From the NCBI GenBank assembly GCA_965552135.1, contig CBEVQY010000005.1, forward strand, positions 1 through 64,000: a stretch of DNA of 64,000 bases, given 5' to 3'. Below, piece after piece: positions 1-9,000 of this stretch. Position numbers and translations under genes: made by a program. The notes under the pieces were generated by a model. It saw nothing but the letters and a program-made list of their open reading frames with translations, was not told the DNA's origin and did not search any database. The stretch is from an uncultured bacterium (GTDB taxonomy: Bacteria; UBP14; UBA6098; B30-G16). Position 1 is the first letter of the stretch, and each line of letters starts with the position of its first letter.

Positions 1-93
1 AAAAAGCTTGCCCTGATAGTTGACAAGCCGAGGAACAGCGAAAAGGAAAGAAACAACAACAAACAAAACCCCAACGACACAGACTCTACGCAT
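1..93 (-). CDS. 5' end of a secreted protein (runs off the window)
   Basis: Manual translation MRRVCVVGVLFVVVSFLFAVPRLVNYQGKLF; signal peptide; GGGAGGGG RBS upstream. Confidence 0.7.
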   Translation of the reverse strand, partial: MRRVCVVGVLFVVVSFLFAVPRLVNYQGKLF

Positions 94-116
94 CTTAACC
101 CCCCTCCCACGATTTT

Positions 117-950
117 TCACTCTTCACAAAGGACCTCCTTCTCAACGGGAGTCGCCTTCTCCCAAAGCGACTCAAACGCGGCGATCAAAACCGCAATCAA
201 CTGTTTGTTTTGAACAAGCAGCATAACAGGGTTTTCGAGATTCTCGACCAACGTAAGTAAAGCTGCGAAATCATCATATATCACCATTTCTATTGGAACG
301 TCAGGCATGCACCTCATATCGCCCACACCCCAGATTCCGCGCATAAGCTGAATTATGTATGGAAACTCGAGTAACTCAGAATCCATAATAATCCGCGGCC
401 TATAAAGCAGCTGCCCCTTCTCGACGGCATCGGCGACAGCGTCCTCAATTAACTCCACTCCTTCAATCGTCGGCGGTGGCATATCGGCCAAAATGCGCAC
501 CGTATCCCGAGCTCTCTTTTCAAGCTCGCTCATGACGGAGACCATCGTCCTGAGACCTTTGAGGACGAGGATCTTGGTCTCGTTTGTCAACTCCTCGGGA
601 GGAGAGGTCACCATCTTCTCCGCCATCGAAACGACGCTTTCCACAATGGAGGACAGCGTGACTCTTTCCTGCTCGAGGTCCCTGAGGCGTTTGTTGAGTA
701 GCTCGGTCAGCGCGGCGCGCGGTGGGAGCGCACGATAACGGTTAGGTTTCCCTGGCATATAACCAACAAGCCCGGCATCGACAAGGCGCTTCATCGCAGC
801 GTACGCCGCGGTCCTACCAACCCCCGAAAGCTTCACACACTCCGAGATCGTGGCCTCGCCAAGCCGCAGCAAAGCAACATAAAGGCTTGCCTCAACCTCG
901 CCGAAACCAAGGTCGATAAGGCAGCTCCGTATGATATCTTCCTTCGACAT
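117..950 (-). CDS. TrmB-family transcriptional regulator
   Basis: LGFGEVEASLYVALL..GEAT winged HTH, coiled coil, C-terminal effector domain; ATG 950 has GGAGG RBS. Confidence 0.85.
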   Translation of the reverse strand: MSKEDIIRSCLIDLGFGEVEASLYVALLRLGEATISECVKLSGVGRTAAYAAMKRLVDAGLVGYMPGKPNRYRALPPRAALTELLNKRLRDLEQERVTLSSIVESVVSMAEKMVTSPPEELTNETKILVLKGLRTMVSVMSELEKRARDTVRILADMPPPTIEGVELIEDAVADAVEKGQLLYRPRIIMDSELLEFPYIIQLMRGIWGVGDMRCMPDVPIEMVIYDDFAALLTLVENLENPVMLLVQNKQLIAVLIAAFESLWEKATPVEKEVLCEE

Positions 951-1068
951 TTGATCCTCCAAACTTGTCATCCACACGCGAATAACAACTCTATACCGCA
1001 CAAGTCTTCTGTCAAGTGAAAAAACATGTTCCGGGGAATCGCTTCACTTTGTCCTCTTCGGCGGACGC

Positions 1069-1105
1069 GAAAAAAAAGTGCTGCAGGGCATAGCACCTGC
1101 AGCAC
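1069..1105 (-). terminator. Intrinsic terminator after tuf-rpmG
   Basis: Perfect 10-bp stem GTGCTGCAGG/CCTGCAGCAC (1078-1105) followed by a T-run on the minus strand. Confidence 0.85.
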
Positions 1106-1130
1106 CCACAAAGGCACCCCCTTGGGATAC

Positions 1131-1307
1131 TCAGCGCGTTTCCTTGTGTATGGTGTGCTTCCTGCAGCGAGGGCAGTATTTGCGAAGCTCGAGCCTGTCG
1201 GGCGTGTTCTGTTTGTTCTTCTCGGTTATGTAGTTTCGCGACTTACACTCGCTGCAGGCAAGGATGATGTGCTCCCTTTTGGACTTTGTCTTTTTCTTTT
1301 TTGCCAT
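1131..1307 (-). CDS. rpmG: 50S ribosomal protein L33, Zn-ribbon form (58 aa, not in ORF track)
   Basis: Manual translation [58 protein letters not shown]. Confidence 0.97.
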   Translation of the reverse strand: MAKKKKTKSKREHIILACSECKSRNYITEKNKQNTPDRLELRKYCPRCRKHTIHKETR

Positions 1308-1308
1308 T

Positions 1309-2517
1309 TTACTCGACGATGTCGGTGACGACGCCGGCGCCTATCGTTTTGCCGCCCTCGCGGATGGCGAAGCGCAAACCCTTCTCCATCGCCACGGGCG
1401 CAATAAGCTCAACCTCAAGGTTCACGTTGTCGCCGGGCATTACCATCTCGACGCCTTCGGGGAGCTTGATCGTGCCCGTGACGTCTGTGGTCCTGAAGTA
1501 GAACTGCGGTCTGTAGCCGGAGAAGAACGGCTTGTGTCTGCCGCCCTCGTCCTTGGTGAGGACGTAGACTTCGGCTTTGAACTTGGTGTGCGGCGTTATC
1601 GTTCCCGGTGCGGCAAGAACCATCCCGCGCTCGACCTCGTTTTTCTCTATTCCGCGCAGGAGGACGCCGACGTTATCGCCCGCCTCGGCGTAGTCGAGCA
1701 CCTTGCGGAACATCTCGAGGCTTGTGGCGACGGTTTTTCGAGTCTCGCGCAGACCAACGATCTCGACCTCATCGCCGGGCTTTATCCTGCCGCGCTCAAC
1801 TCGACCCGTAACGACCGTGCCGCGACCGGTGATGGAGAAGACATCCTCTATGGGCATGAGGAACGGCTTGTCCACGTCGCGCTGGGGCGTGGGGATGTAG
1901 TTGTCGATCGCGTCCAGAAGCTCGAGGATGGGTTTGAACGCGGGGTCGTCGAGGGGAGCGTTTTCGTCAAGCCCCCTGTTCATCGCCTCGAGGGCGCTGC
2001 CGCGTATAACAGGGACCTCGTCGCCGGGGTAGCCGTACTTCGTCAAAAGCTCCCTCACCTCAAGCTCCACAAGATCAAGGAGCTCGGGGTCGTCGACCAT
2101 ATCGACTTTGTTGAGGAAGACGACCACAGCCGGCACGTTAACCTGGCGCGCCAGAAGGATGTGCTCTCGAGTTTGGGGCATAGGTCCGTCCGCGGCGGAG
2201 ACGACGAGAATCGCGCCGTCCATCTGCGCCGCACCGGTTATCATGTTCTTGATGTAGTCGGCATGCCCCGGGCAGTCTATGTGTGCGTAGTGCCTCTTTT
2301 CGGTCTCGTACTCGACGTGCGCGGTGTTGATGGTGATTCCCCTTGCCTTCTCCTCAGGTGCGTTGTCGATCGAGTCGAAAGTCCTCACCTGAGCGAGCTT
2401 CTTGCGGGCAAGGACCATCGTTATCGCCGCCGTAAGCGTCGTCTTGCCGTGGTCGATGTGACCGATGGTGCCAACGTTCACGTGTGGCTTCGTCCTCTGG
2501 AACTTCTCCTTCGCCAT
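1309..2517 (-). CDS. tuf: Elongation factor Tu
   Basis: [34 protein letters not shown] motifs. Confidence 0.99.
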   Translation of the reverse strand: MAKEKFQRTKPHVNVGTIGHIDHGKTTLTAAITMVLARKKLAQVRTFDSIDNAPEEKARGITINTAHVEYETEKRHYAHIDCPGHADYIKNMITGAAQMDGAILVVSAADGPMPQTREHILLARQVNVPAVVVFLNKVDMVDDPELLDLVELEVRELLTKYGYPGDEVPVIRGSALEAMNRGLDENAPLDDPAFKPILELLDAIDNYIPTPQRDVDKPFLMPIEDVFSITGRGTVVTGRVERGRIKPGDEVEIVGLRETRKTVATSLEMFRKVLDYAEAGDNVGVLLRGIEKNEVERGMVLAAPGTITPHTKFKAEVYVLTKDEGGRHKPFFSGYRPQFYFRTTDVTGTIKLPEGVEMVMPGDNVNLEVELIAPVAMEKGLRFAIREGGKTIGAGVVTDIVE

Positions 2518-2547
2518 CTCTCCTCCTTTGTGTTGTCAGTTTTCACC

Positions 2548-3063
2548 TCAGCCTAAAAACCTCTCGTAAATGAAGAAAAGCAGCCTGCCCAAAAGCCCCT
2601 TTCTCCAAACCGCATCGCCCCATCTGCTCTGCTCGGAGGCGGCGCGAAGCTTCTCCAAAACACCCTTCTCCCTCAAAACCTCCCTCGCGTGCCTGTCCCA
2701 GTACTCGCAAAACGCCTGAACCTTCTCAAGCTCGCCCCTGTCGAGCCAAACGCCGCAACCTCTGGGGCAGTGGTCGATCACTATGCCCGACGAGTATGAG
2801 TAGTTTATTTTTTGGCAAAGAGCGCCGCAGTTCGGGCACCTGATATCGGGCTCAAGCTTTCGTGTGTCGATGACCTTACGAGCCTCGTGCTCAACGGCCT
2901 CGAAGTACTCCCGCGGTATCTCCTCCTCGTGGCGCCTGACTATCTCCTTAAGCCCGTCGCCGGGGACCCACTGACCGTGCCCCTTGGAACACTCAAATAT
3001 AAAAACGCCCTCGTACTCCCTTCTCTCAAGCGGTGCGCCACAGCGAGGGCAACTGTAAGTCAT
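2548..3063 (-). CDS. Double zinc-ribbon (zf-TFIIB-like) protein
   Basis: CPRC..CSKGHGQW and CPNC..IDHCPRGCGVWLDRGEL motifs; AGGAGG RBS. Confidence 0.8.
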   Translation of the reverse strand: MTYSCPRCGAPLERREYEGVFIFECSKGHGQWVPGDGLKEIVRRHEEEIPREYFEAVEHEARKVIDTRKLEPDIRCPNCGALCQKINYSYSSGIVIDHCPRGCGVWLDRGELEKVQAFCEYWDRHAREVLREKGVLEKLRAASEQSRWGDAVWRKGLLGRLLFFIYERFLG

Positions 3064-3082
3064 GACCAAAACCTCCTTGGAA

Positions 3083-3155
<73 letters not shown>

Positions 3156-3179
3156 TTACCTTCGCCCCTTTATCGTCAA

Positions 3180-3253
3180 AGCGGGAGACGGGAATCGAAC
3201 CCGCAACCCTCGGCTTGGAAGGCCGATGCTCTAGCCATTTGAGCTACTCCCGC
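3180..3253 (-). tRNA. tRNA-Gly(TCC)
   Basis: GCGGGAG acceptor stem, anticodon TCC, GGTTCGATTCC T-arm. Confidence 0.97.
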
Positions 3254-3263
3254 GAAAAATCAA

Positions 3264-3347
3264 TGGTGGGGGGTGGATTCGAACCACCGAAGGCATTACG
3301 CCAGCAGATTTACAGTCTGCCCCCGTTGACCACTTGGGTACCCCACC
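3264..3347 (-). tRNA. tRNA-Tyr(GTA)
   Basis: GGTGGGG acceptor stem, anticodon GTA, long variable arm. Confidence 0.97.
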
Positions 3348-3379
3348 ATCGAGCTCGCACCTACTTGCCAAAGAGCCAC

Positions 3380-3452
3380 AGCTGGCGGAGGGACTCGAAC
3401 CCCCGACCGGCTGATTACAAATCAGCTGCTCTACCACCTGAGCTACGCCAGC
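3380..3452 (-). tRNA. tRNA-Thr(TGT)
   Basis: GCTGGCG acceptor stem, anticodon TGT, GGTTCGAGTCC T-arm. Confidence 0.97.
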
Positions 3453-3465
3453 AACCCGATTTTCT

Positions 3466-3494
3466 TAAATATCCACCTCAAAGCTTGTTGTCAA
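3466..3494 (-). promoter_or_regulatory. Sigma70-type promoter of the tRNA-tuf operon
   Basis: TTGACA-17-TATTTA just upstream of tRNA-Thr(TGT). Confidence 0.65.
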
Positions 3495-3561
3495 GACTTT
3501 TTTTAACCTGCGGCGCACCCCCGCCGAGGCCCATACAGCGCGCAGACGACCCCAGTCGGGA

Positions 3562-6500
3562 TCACCTGTTCCTGCCGCAGCAGTGTTTGTATTTCTTTCC
3601 CGAGCCGCAGGGGCAGGGGTCGTTTCTGCCGATCTTTTTGCCGCGCCTTATGGGGGTGCGCTTGCCCTGCTGTGGTGGGGTTTGAGGTTGCTGTGGTGAT
3701 CGCGGCGTTTCGCCGCCGAGGACCCTTCGCGCCATCGCGGCGGCAGCGGCGGCGCTGTAGCTCTCCGTGCCCTGATGAACAGCCCTTAAAGGCACGGGGC
3801 GCCTGCCACGACCCGCAGGAACCACTACCTGCGCGTGGAAAAACTTGATAAGCGTCTCGCGGCGGATATCGTACATCAAGCGCTCAAACGCCTCGTAAGC
3901 CTCCTTTTTGTACTCCACGAGTGGATCCCTTTGGGCGTAGGCGGCGAGGTAGCTCCCCTCCTTTATTTCGTCGAGGGCGCGGAGGTGCTCCTTCCAAAGC
4001 TGGTCGATTGTTGCAAGCATTGCCGCCCGCTCGAGCTTGCGGCAGACGTCCTCGCCGAGGATGTTCTCCTTAAGCTCGTAGGCTCGCATAGCAGCCGCAA
4101 CAAGCTCGTCGACGAGGTCTTCGGGCGGGTTGGCTTCGTCTTCAGGCTCGTAGCGCACGAGGAAAACCTTGGCGAACTCGCCTGTGAGACCCTGCCAGTC
4201 CCAGCCCTCGGGCGGAACGTCGGGATCTGTGTACTGCTCCACAAGGTCCTCGCAGAACTCGCGAATAAGGCGTTTGTATTCGGGCTTGAGGTTGCCGCCG
4301 AAAAGGACATTCCGGCGCAGGGTGTATATCACCTCGCGCTGGCGGTTCATGACGTCGTCGTACTCCAAAAGCCTTTTTCGGATGGCGAAGTTCTGCGCCT
4401 CAACGCGCTTTTGGGCAGCGGCTATCTGCCGCGTTATTATAGGGTGCTCGATGGGTTCGCCCTCTGGGGGATTGAGGCGCTTTATCATGTTGTAGGCTCT
4501 GTCGCCGCCCGCATAAAGCCTCATGAGGTCGTCCTGGAGCGAGAGGAAGAACCTGGATGATCCGGGGTCGCCCTGGCGTCCTGCGCGACCGCGGAGCTGG
4601 TTGTCGATTCTGCGCGCCTCGTGGCGCTCGGTGCCTATTATGTGAAGCCCGCACGGAACGCCCGCCTTGATGCACTCCTTGGGGTCCTTGGGGCAGGTCC
4701 ACTCGTCGGGGGTTTTGGTGTTTATTGCGCACTTAGGCTTGGGGAAGCGAACGACCTCGTAGCCACCCTCGGGGATGGCTTTGGCAAGCTCGAACCCCGA
4801 AAACAGGGCGACCCGACCCGGCTCGGATAAGTACTTCGCCACCGTTTCGGGGGCGCTTTCGCGAAGGGTAAAGGTCCGAAACTCTATCCCGGCATCCCTG
4901 CAGAGGCTCGCGAGGTTGCGCAAAACCTCCTCGTTTTCGGCAACGAAAAGGAACGACTTTCCTCCCAAAACCTCCTTCGCAAGCTTCTCGAGCTTGGGCA
5001 GGAACACAAGCTCGTAAGCCTTCACCACGCCCACCCCAAGCTTTATGTCGGTTCCGCGTCCAGCCATGTTTGTGGCGATGGTGACGGCGCCGGGCTGACC
5101 CGCAAGCGCAACGATCTCCGCCTCCTTCTGGTGGTGCTTGGCGTTGAGGACGGAGTGTGGGATCTTTTTGCGCGAAAGCATCCTCGAAAGCGTCTCCGAG
5201 ACCTCCACCGAAACGGTGCCAACAAGCACGGGCTGACCGCGCTTGTGGTAGTATTCGATCTCCTCCATAACGGCGGCGAACTTCTCGCGCTTGGTGAGGT
5301 AGACCCTGTCGTTGAAGTCGACCCTGCGGACCGGTCTGTTGGTGGGGATCTGGACGACGTCAAGCTTATATATCTCCCAGAACTCCGCCGCCTCCGTCGC
5401 CGCCGTTCCGGTCATGCCGGCGAGCTTGCGGTACATCCGGAAGTAGTTCTGGAGCGTTATTGTGGCGTAGGTCTGCGTCTCGCCTTCGACGCGAACGCCC
5501 TCCTTCGCCTCCAGAGCCTGGTGTAGACCCTCCGAGTAGCGTCGCCCGGGCATCAGGCGACCCGTAAACTCGTCGACTATTATAACCTTCCCCTGCTGGA
5601 CGACGTAGTCGACGTCCCTGGCGAAGAGGACATAGGCTTTAAGAAGCTGCGTTATTGCGTGGTTGATCTCGCCGCGCTGGGCGAACTTCTTGTAAAGCTT
5701 TGCCTTAAGCTCGGCTTTCTTCCTCTCCGAAAGCCTTTCGTCCCCCTCTATCTGCGACATTTCGTCGGCGAGGTCGGGCAGCACGAACACCTCGGGGTCG
5801 ACGCGGGCGTACTTAGCAAGCTCATCGCGACCGCGCTCCATGAGGTTTATGGAGTTTTCGTGCTCATCGACTACGAAGTAGAGCCTCTCGTCGAGCTCGT
5901 GCATCTTTTTGTCCATCAGGTATTCTGCCTCGACGCGGTTTACCGCCTTGAGGATGTCGGGCTCTTTTATAAGCTTTAAAAACTGCGGGTTTTTGGGCGT
6001 GCTGCGCTTGACCAAAAGCAGCTTTATCGCAGCCTCGCGGCGCTTCTCGTCGGCTTTGCCGCCCTCACCCTCCGACTCGAGCTTGCCCGCCTCGTCCCAA
6101 AGGCGCTTCGCCTCCGCCAAAAGCTTCGCCGACTGCCTCGTCTGAAGCGAAACCAGGTGCCTGACCGCCGGGTTCCACCTGACAAAGTGCTCCGAGATGT
6201 TGCTCTCCACAGGTCCCGAGATTATAAGCGGCGTGCGAGCCTCGTCTATGAGCACAGAGTCGACCTCATCTATTATTGCGTAAAAGTGCTCCCTCTGCAC
6301 AACGCCATCGGGGGAGACCGCCATGTTGTCCCTGAGGTAGTCGAAGCCGAAGGCGTTGTTGGTGCCATAGGTTATGTCGGCGAGGTACTGCTGTTTTCTG
6401 CGCGGCGAGTAGGGTTCGATCCCCTCGTGCACGACGCCGACGGTCATGCCGAGGAACTCGTATATCTGTCCCATCCACTGGGCGTCTCTGCGGGCGAGGT

Positions 6501-7170
6501 AGTCGTTGACGGTGACGAGGTGAACGCCCCTTCCGGGCGGCACCAGGGAGCCGTCGGAAAGCTCTATGGGGGCAAAATCCCAGCTTTCAACGTCCTCGCC
6601 CCAGCGATTGTGCGCGGCAACGACCCAATCGTGATTGAGCGCGAGGGCGTTGAGGTAAAGGGGCATCGTCGCAACAAGCGTTTTGCCTTCGCCCGTCGCC
6701 ATCTCGGCTATCTTGCCCTGATGCAGCACCATCGCGCCCAGAACCTGAACGTCGTAGGGGATCATATCCCAAACGAGCTTGTGCCCCATAAGGTCGAACT
6801 CCTTGCCCACAAGCCGGCGGCAGGTCTCCTTAACGACGGCGAAGGCTTCGACCATAATCTCGTCCAAAACGGACTGCTCGACCCTGAAGATTTCGTCCTC
6901 GAGTTTGGCGCGTTCGTCCCTGAGCCTTTCGATCTCGTCGGCGTCGTCGGAGGATGCGATGCGGGAGTCGAGCTCGGCAAGCTCCAGGTGAAGCTCAAGC
7001 GTTGCCCTCGCTATGCGCCGCCTAAACTCAACCGTCTTGCCCCTAAGCTCCTCGTCCGAGAGGCTGTGGTACTCCTCGTAAAGCTCGTTCACCCGCTCGA
7101 GGAGGGGGGCAAGCTTCTTTATCTGCCGCTGCGAAGCCGTGCCGAAGATCTTTTGTAAGAGCTTAAACAC
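3562..7170 (-). CDS. secA: Preprotein translocase ATPase SecA (1202 aa, with insertions)
   Basis: MATGEGKT, DEVDS..DEARTPLIISG, TNMAGRGTDI, QLRGRAGRQGDPG, C-terminal SEC-C CPCGSGKKYKHCC. Confidence 0.99.
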   Translation of the reverse strand: MFKLLQKIFGTASQRQIKKLAPLLERVNELYEEYHSLSDEELRGKTVEFRRRIARATLELHLELAELDSRIASSDDADEIERLRDERAKLEDEIFRVEQSVLDEIMVEAFAVVKETCRRLVGKEFDLMGHKLVWDMIPYDVQVLGAMVLHQGKIAEMATGEGKTLVATMPLYLNALALNHDWVVAAHNRWGEDVESWDFAPIELSDGSLVPPGRGVHLVTVNDYLARRDAQWMGQIYEFLGMTVGVVHEGIEPYSPRRKQQYLADITYGTNNAFGFDYLRDNMAVSPDGVVQREHFYAIIDEVDSVLIDEARTPLIISGPVESNISEHFVRWNPAVRHLVSLQTRQSAKLLAEAKRLWDEAGKLESEGEGGKADEKRREAAIKLLLVKRSTPKNPQFLKLIKEPDILKAVNRVEAEYLMDKKMHELDERLYFVVDEHENSINLMERGRDELAKYARVDPEVFVLPDLADEMSQIEGDERLSERKKAELKAKLYKKFAQRGEINHAITQLLKAYVLFARDVDYVVQQGKVIIVDEFTGRLMPGRRYSEGLHQALEAKEGVRVEGETQTYATITLQNYFRMYRKLAGMTGTAATEAAEFWEIYKLDVVQIPTNRPVRRVDFNDRVYLTKREKFAAVMEEIEYYHKRGQPVLVGTVSVEVSETLSRMLSRKKIPHSVLNAKHHQKEAEIVALAGQPGAVTIATNMAGRGTDIKLGVGVVKAYELVFLPKLEKLAKEVLGGKSFLFVAENEEVLRNLASLCRDAGIEFRTFTLRESAPETVAKYLSEPGRVALFSGFELAKAIPEGGYEVVRFPKPKCAINTKTPDEWTCPKDPKECIKAGVPCGLHIIGTERHEARRIDNQLRGRAGRQGDPGSSRFFLSLQDDLMRLYAGGDRAYNMIKRLNPPEGEPIEHPIITRQIAAAQKRVEAQNFAIRKRLLEYDDVMNRQREVIYTLRRNVLFGGNLKPEYKRLIREFCEDLVEQYTDPDVPPEGWDWQGLTGEFAKVFLVRYEPEDEANPPEDLVDELVAAAMRAYELKENILGEDVCRKLERAAMLATIDQLWKEHLRALDEIKEGSYLAAYAQRDPLVEYKKEAYEAFERLMYDIRRETLIKFFHAQVVVPAGRGRRPVPLRAVHQGTESYSAAAAAAMARRVLGGETPRSPQQPQTPPQQGKRTPIRRGKKIGRNDPCPCGSGKKYKHCCGRNR

Positions 7171-7176
7171 AAATCT

Positions 7177-7205
7177 AATATAGCCGCTTTTGAGGCGCTT
7201 GCCAA
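7177..7205 (-). promoter_or_regulatory. Putative secA promoter (leaderless arrangement)
   Basis: TTGGCA-17-TATATT ending 6 nt before the GTG start. Confidence 0.5.
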
Positions 7206-7217
7206 GCCCAAAACGGA

Positions 7218-8345
7218 TCAGTCGCGCCTGTGGTCGATGTGGACGATTGCGTCTGCCACGCCTGGCAGCGCCGAAAGACCATATCTTACCTTCTCTGCCA
7301 CGTCGTGCGCGGCGACGACGGTCATGTTGGGCGGAACCACGATGTCGACCACGGCAACAGAGCCGCTTCGGGTCGGCAGGAGGTCGAGGTTGTGGAACCC
7401 GAGTATCCTTTCGTCCTGCGCTGCGATTTGGCGCAGCACAGCTTCGAGCGCGGGGAGACGGTTTTGGGGCTCGGAGGGCTCCACGTGCACCGTCGCCGCA
7501 ACCACGTGAGGGAAGCCCTTCGTGAGCCTGTCCTGAACTCTGTGGGCTACCACATGCCCGTCGGCGACGGAGAGGCTGGGCGAGACGGCGATCTCCGCCT
7601 CGACGAAGAGCTTTCCGCCCGCGCTCCTCACCTTAATCGACCGCAGCTCCTCGACGCCCGGCGTTTTGAGCACAGCCTCCTCGAGCGCGGCCCTTTGGCT
7701 TTGCGGCGGCGCGCCGTCGACGAGCTCGTTGCAGCTCCGGACGACGATGCCAACACCCGTCCTGAGGACCCAAAGCGCCACAAGCACCGACGCCGCGGCA
7801 TCGCCCCATGGAACCTTTGCGAACGAGCTTAGAGCTATACCAGCCGCAGCGGCGAGGGATGTCGCTGCGTCGGAGAGTTTGTGGATGGCTGCAGCCTCGA
7901 TCGCCGTGCTCGCCAGAGCTTTAGCGCGCTTGCGGAGGTAGGCATGCGTTGTCAGGCACACCGCCGCCGAGCCCAGCGCTACCGCCACCGCCCACGGCGC
8001 TGGCTCGGGCGCACCGCGGATCAACGAGGCCATCGCTCTGAAAACTATGGCAGCCGCGCTCCCAACCACGAGGAAGCCCACAACCGCCGCCGCAAGCGAC
8101 TCGAGCTTGTGATGCCCAAAGTGGTGGGTATCGTCAGGTGGTCTTTCGGAAAGCCAGATTCCGCCGAGCACAGCCACGTCGCCGGCGAGGTCGGTGAGGG
8201 AATCCACGGCATCCGAAAGGAGCGCCGAGCTTTTGCCCAAAAACCCTCCGAAAAGCTTTCCCAACAAAAGCGCCGAGTTAACCGCTGCGGCGAGGAGAGC
8301 CGTCCCCTTTGCGCCCCTTGCCGGCAAGCGTTGCCTCCTTGCCAT
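7218..8345 (-). CDS. Cation diffusion facilitator with tandem C-terminal dimerisation domains
   Basis: SDAVDSLTD, PPDDTHHFGHHKLES, HKLSD; two HxxAxxV..VH(V/I)(E/D) domains. Confidence 0.9.
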   Translation of the reverse strand: MARRQRLPARGAKGTALLAAAVNSALLLGKLFGGFLGKSSALLSDAVDSLTDLAGDVAVLGGIWLSERPPDDTHHFGHHKLESLAAAVVGFLVVGSAAAIVFRAMASLIRGAPEPAPWAVAVALGSAAVCLTTHAYLRKRAKALASTAIEAAAIHKLSDAATSLAAAAGIALSSFAKVPWGDAAASVLVALWVLRTGVGIVVRSCNELVDGAPPQSQRAALEEAVLKTPGVEELRSIKVRSAGGKLFVEAEIAVSPSLSVADGHVVAHRVQDRLTKGFPHVVAATVHVEPSEPQNRLPALEAVLRQIAAQDERILGFHNLDLLPTRSGSVAVVDIVVPPNMTVVAAHDVAEKVRYGLSALPGVADAIVHIDHRRD

Positions 8346-8601
8346 CGCCGCGCCTTCCCCAAAGGATCCCCGAGCGCCACTGCGCCACGCTCTCGGGCAC
8401 GGGGTCGTAGCCGCCGCGGCAAAACGGATTGCACCGAAGCAGCCTCCAAAGCGCCATAAGCGCCCCCCAGAACGCCCCGTGCCGGGCAACGGCTTCAACG
8501 GCGTACGCCGAGCACGTGGGCTCAAACCTGCACGACGCGGGCAAGACCGGCGCCAAAAACGCCCTGTAGAGACGTATCAGTGCGATCAAAACCCCGCGCA
8601 T
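8278..8601 (-). CDS. yidD: Membrane protein insertion efficiency factor YidD
   Basis: CRFEPTCSAY..HG..RLLRCNPF..GGYDPVP. Confidence 0.92.
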   Translation of the reverse strand: MRGVLIALIRLYRAFLAPVLPASCRFEPTCSAYAVEAVARHGAFWGALMALWRLLRCNPFCRGGYDPVPESVAQWRSGILWGRRGDGKEATLAGKGRKGDGSPRRSG

Positions 8602-8609
8602 GCCTTTGG

Positions 8610-8984
8610 CTAAAGCTCTGCGATAGCCGATATCTCCACCAGGGCGCCCTTGGGCAGGTTCGAAACCTCCACCGTCACCCGCGCTGGCTTGTGGTCGCCG
8701 AAGAAGCGCTCGTACTCCTCGTTGAAGCTCGGGAAGTCGGCAATGTTTTTCAGGTAGACCGTGCACAAAACGACCCTGTCCACGTCGGTTCCGGCGCAGC
8801 GCAGAACGGCGGCGATGTTCTCCAGAACCCGCTTCGTCTGGGACGCCACGTCATCGCCCACAAGCTCGCCGCCTTGGGGATCGAGCGCTATCTGCCCCGA
8901 CACAAAAACGAATCCGCCGGAGACAACCCCCTGAGAGTACGGACCTATTGCGGCGGGAGCGGCATCGGTGCGCAAAAGCTTCAT
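8610..8984 (-). CDS. ridA: RidA/YjgF family enamine deaminase
   Basis: APAAIGPYSQG, SGQI, PARVTVEVSNLPKGALVEI. Confidence 0.93.
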   Translation of the reverse strand: MKLLRTDAAPAAIGPYSQGVVSGGFVFVSGQIALDPQGGELVGDDVASQTKRVLENIAAVLRCAGTDVDRVVLCTVYLKNIADFPSFNEEYERFFGDHKPARVTVEVSNLPKGALVEISAIAEL

Positions 8985-9000
8985 AGCATCACCCCTCGGC

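Noticed and set aside
1026..1042. parS-like TGTTCCGGGGAATC
   Set aside because: Only the left half matches TGTTNCACGTGAAACA and the spacing is wrong.
1264..2556. 430-aa plus-strand ORF
   Set aside because: Antisense shadow of tuf caused by codon bias.
4650..5035. Intein in SecA
   Set aside because: No C/S start with HN-C/S/T end and no LAGLIDADG motifs.
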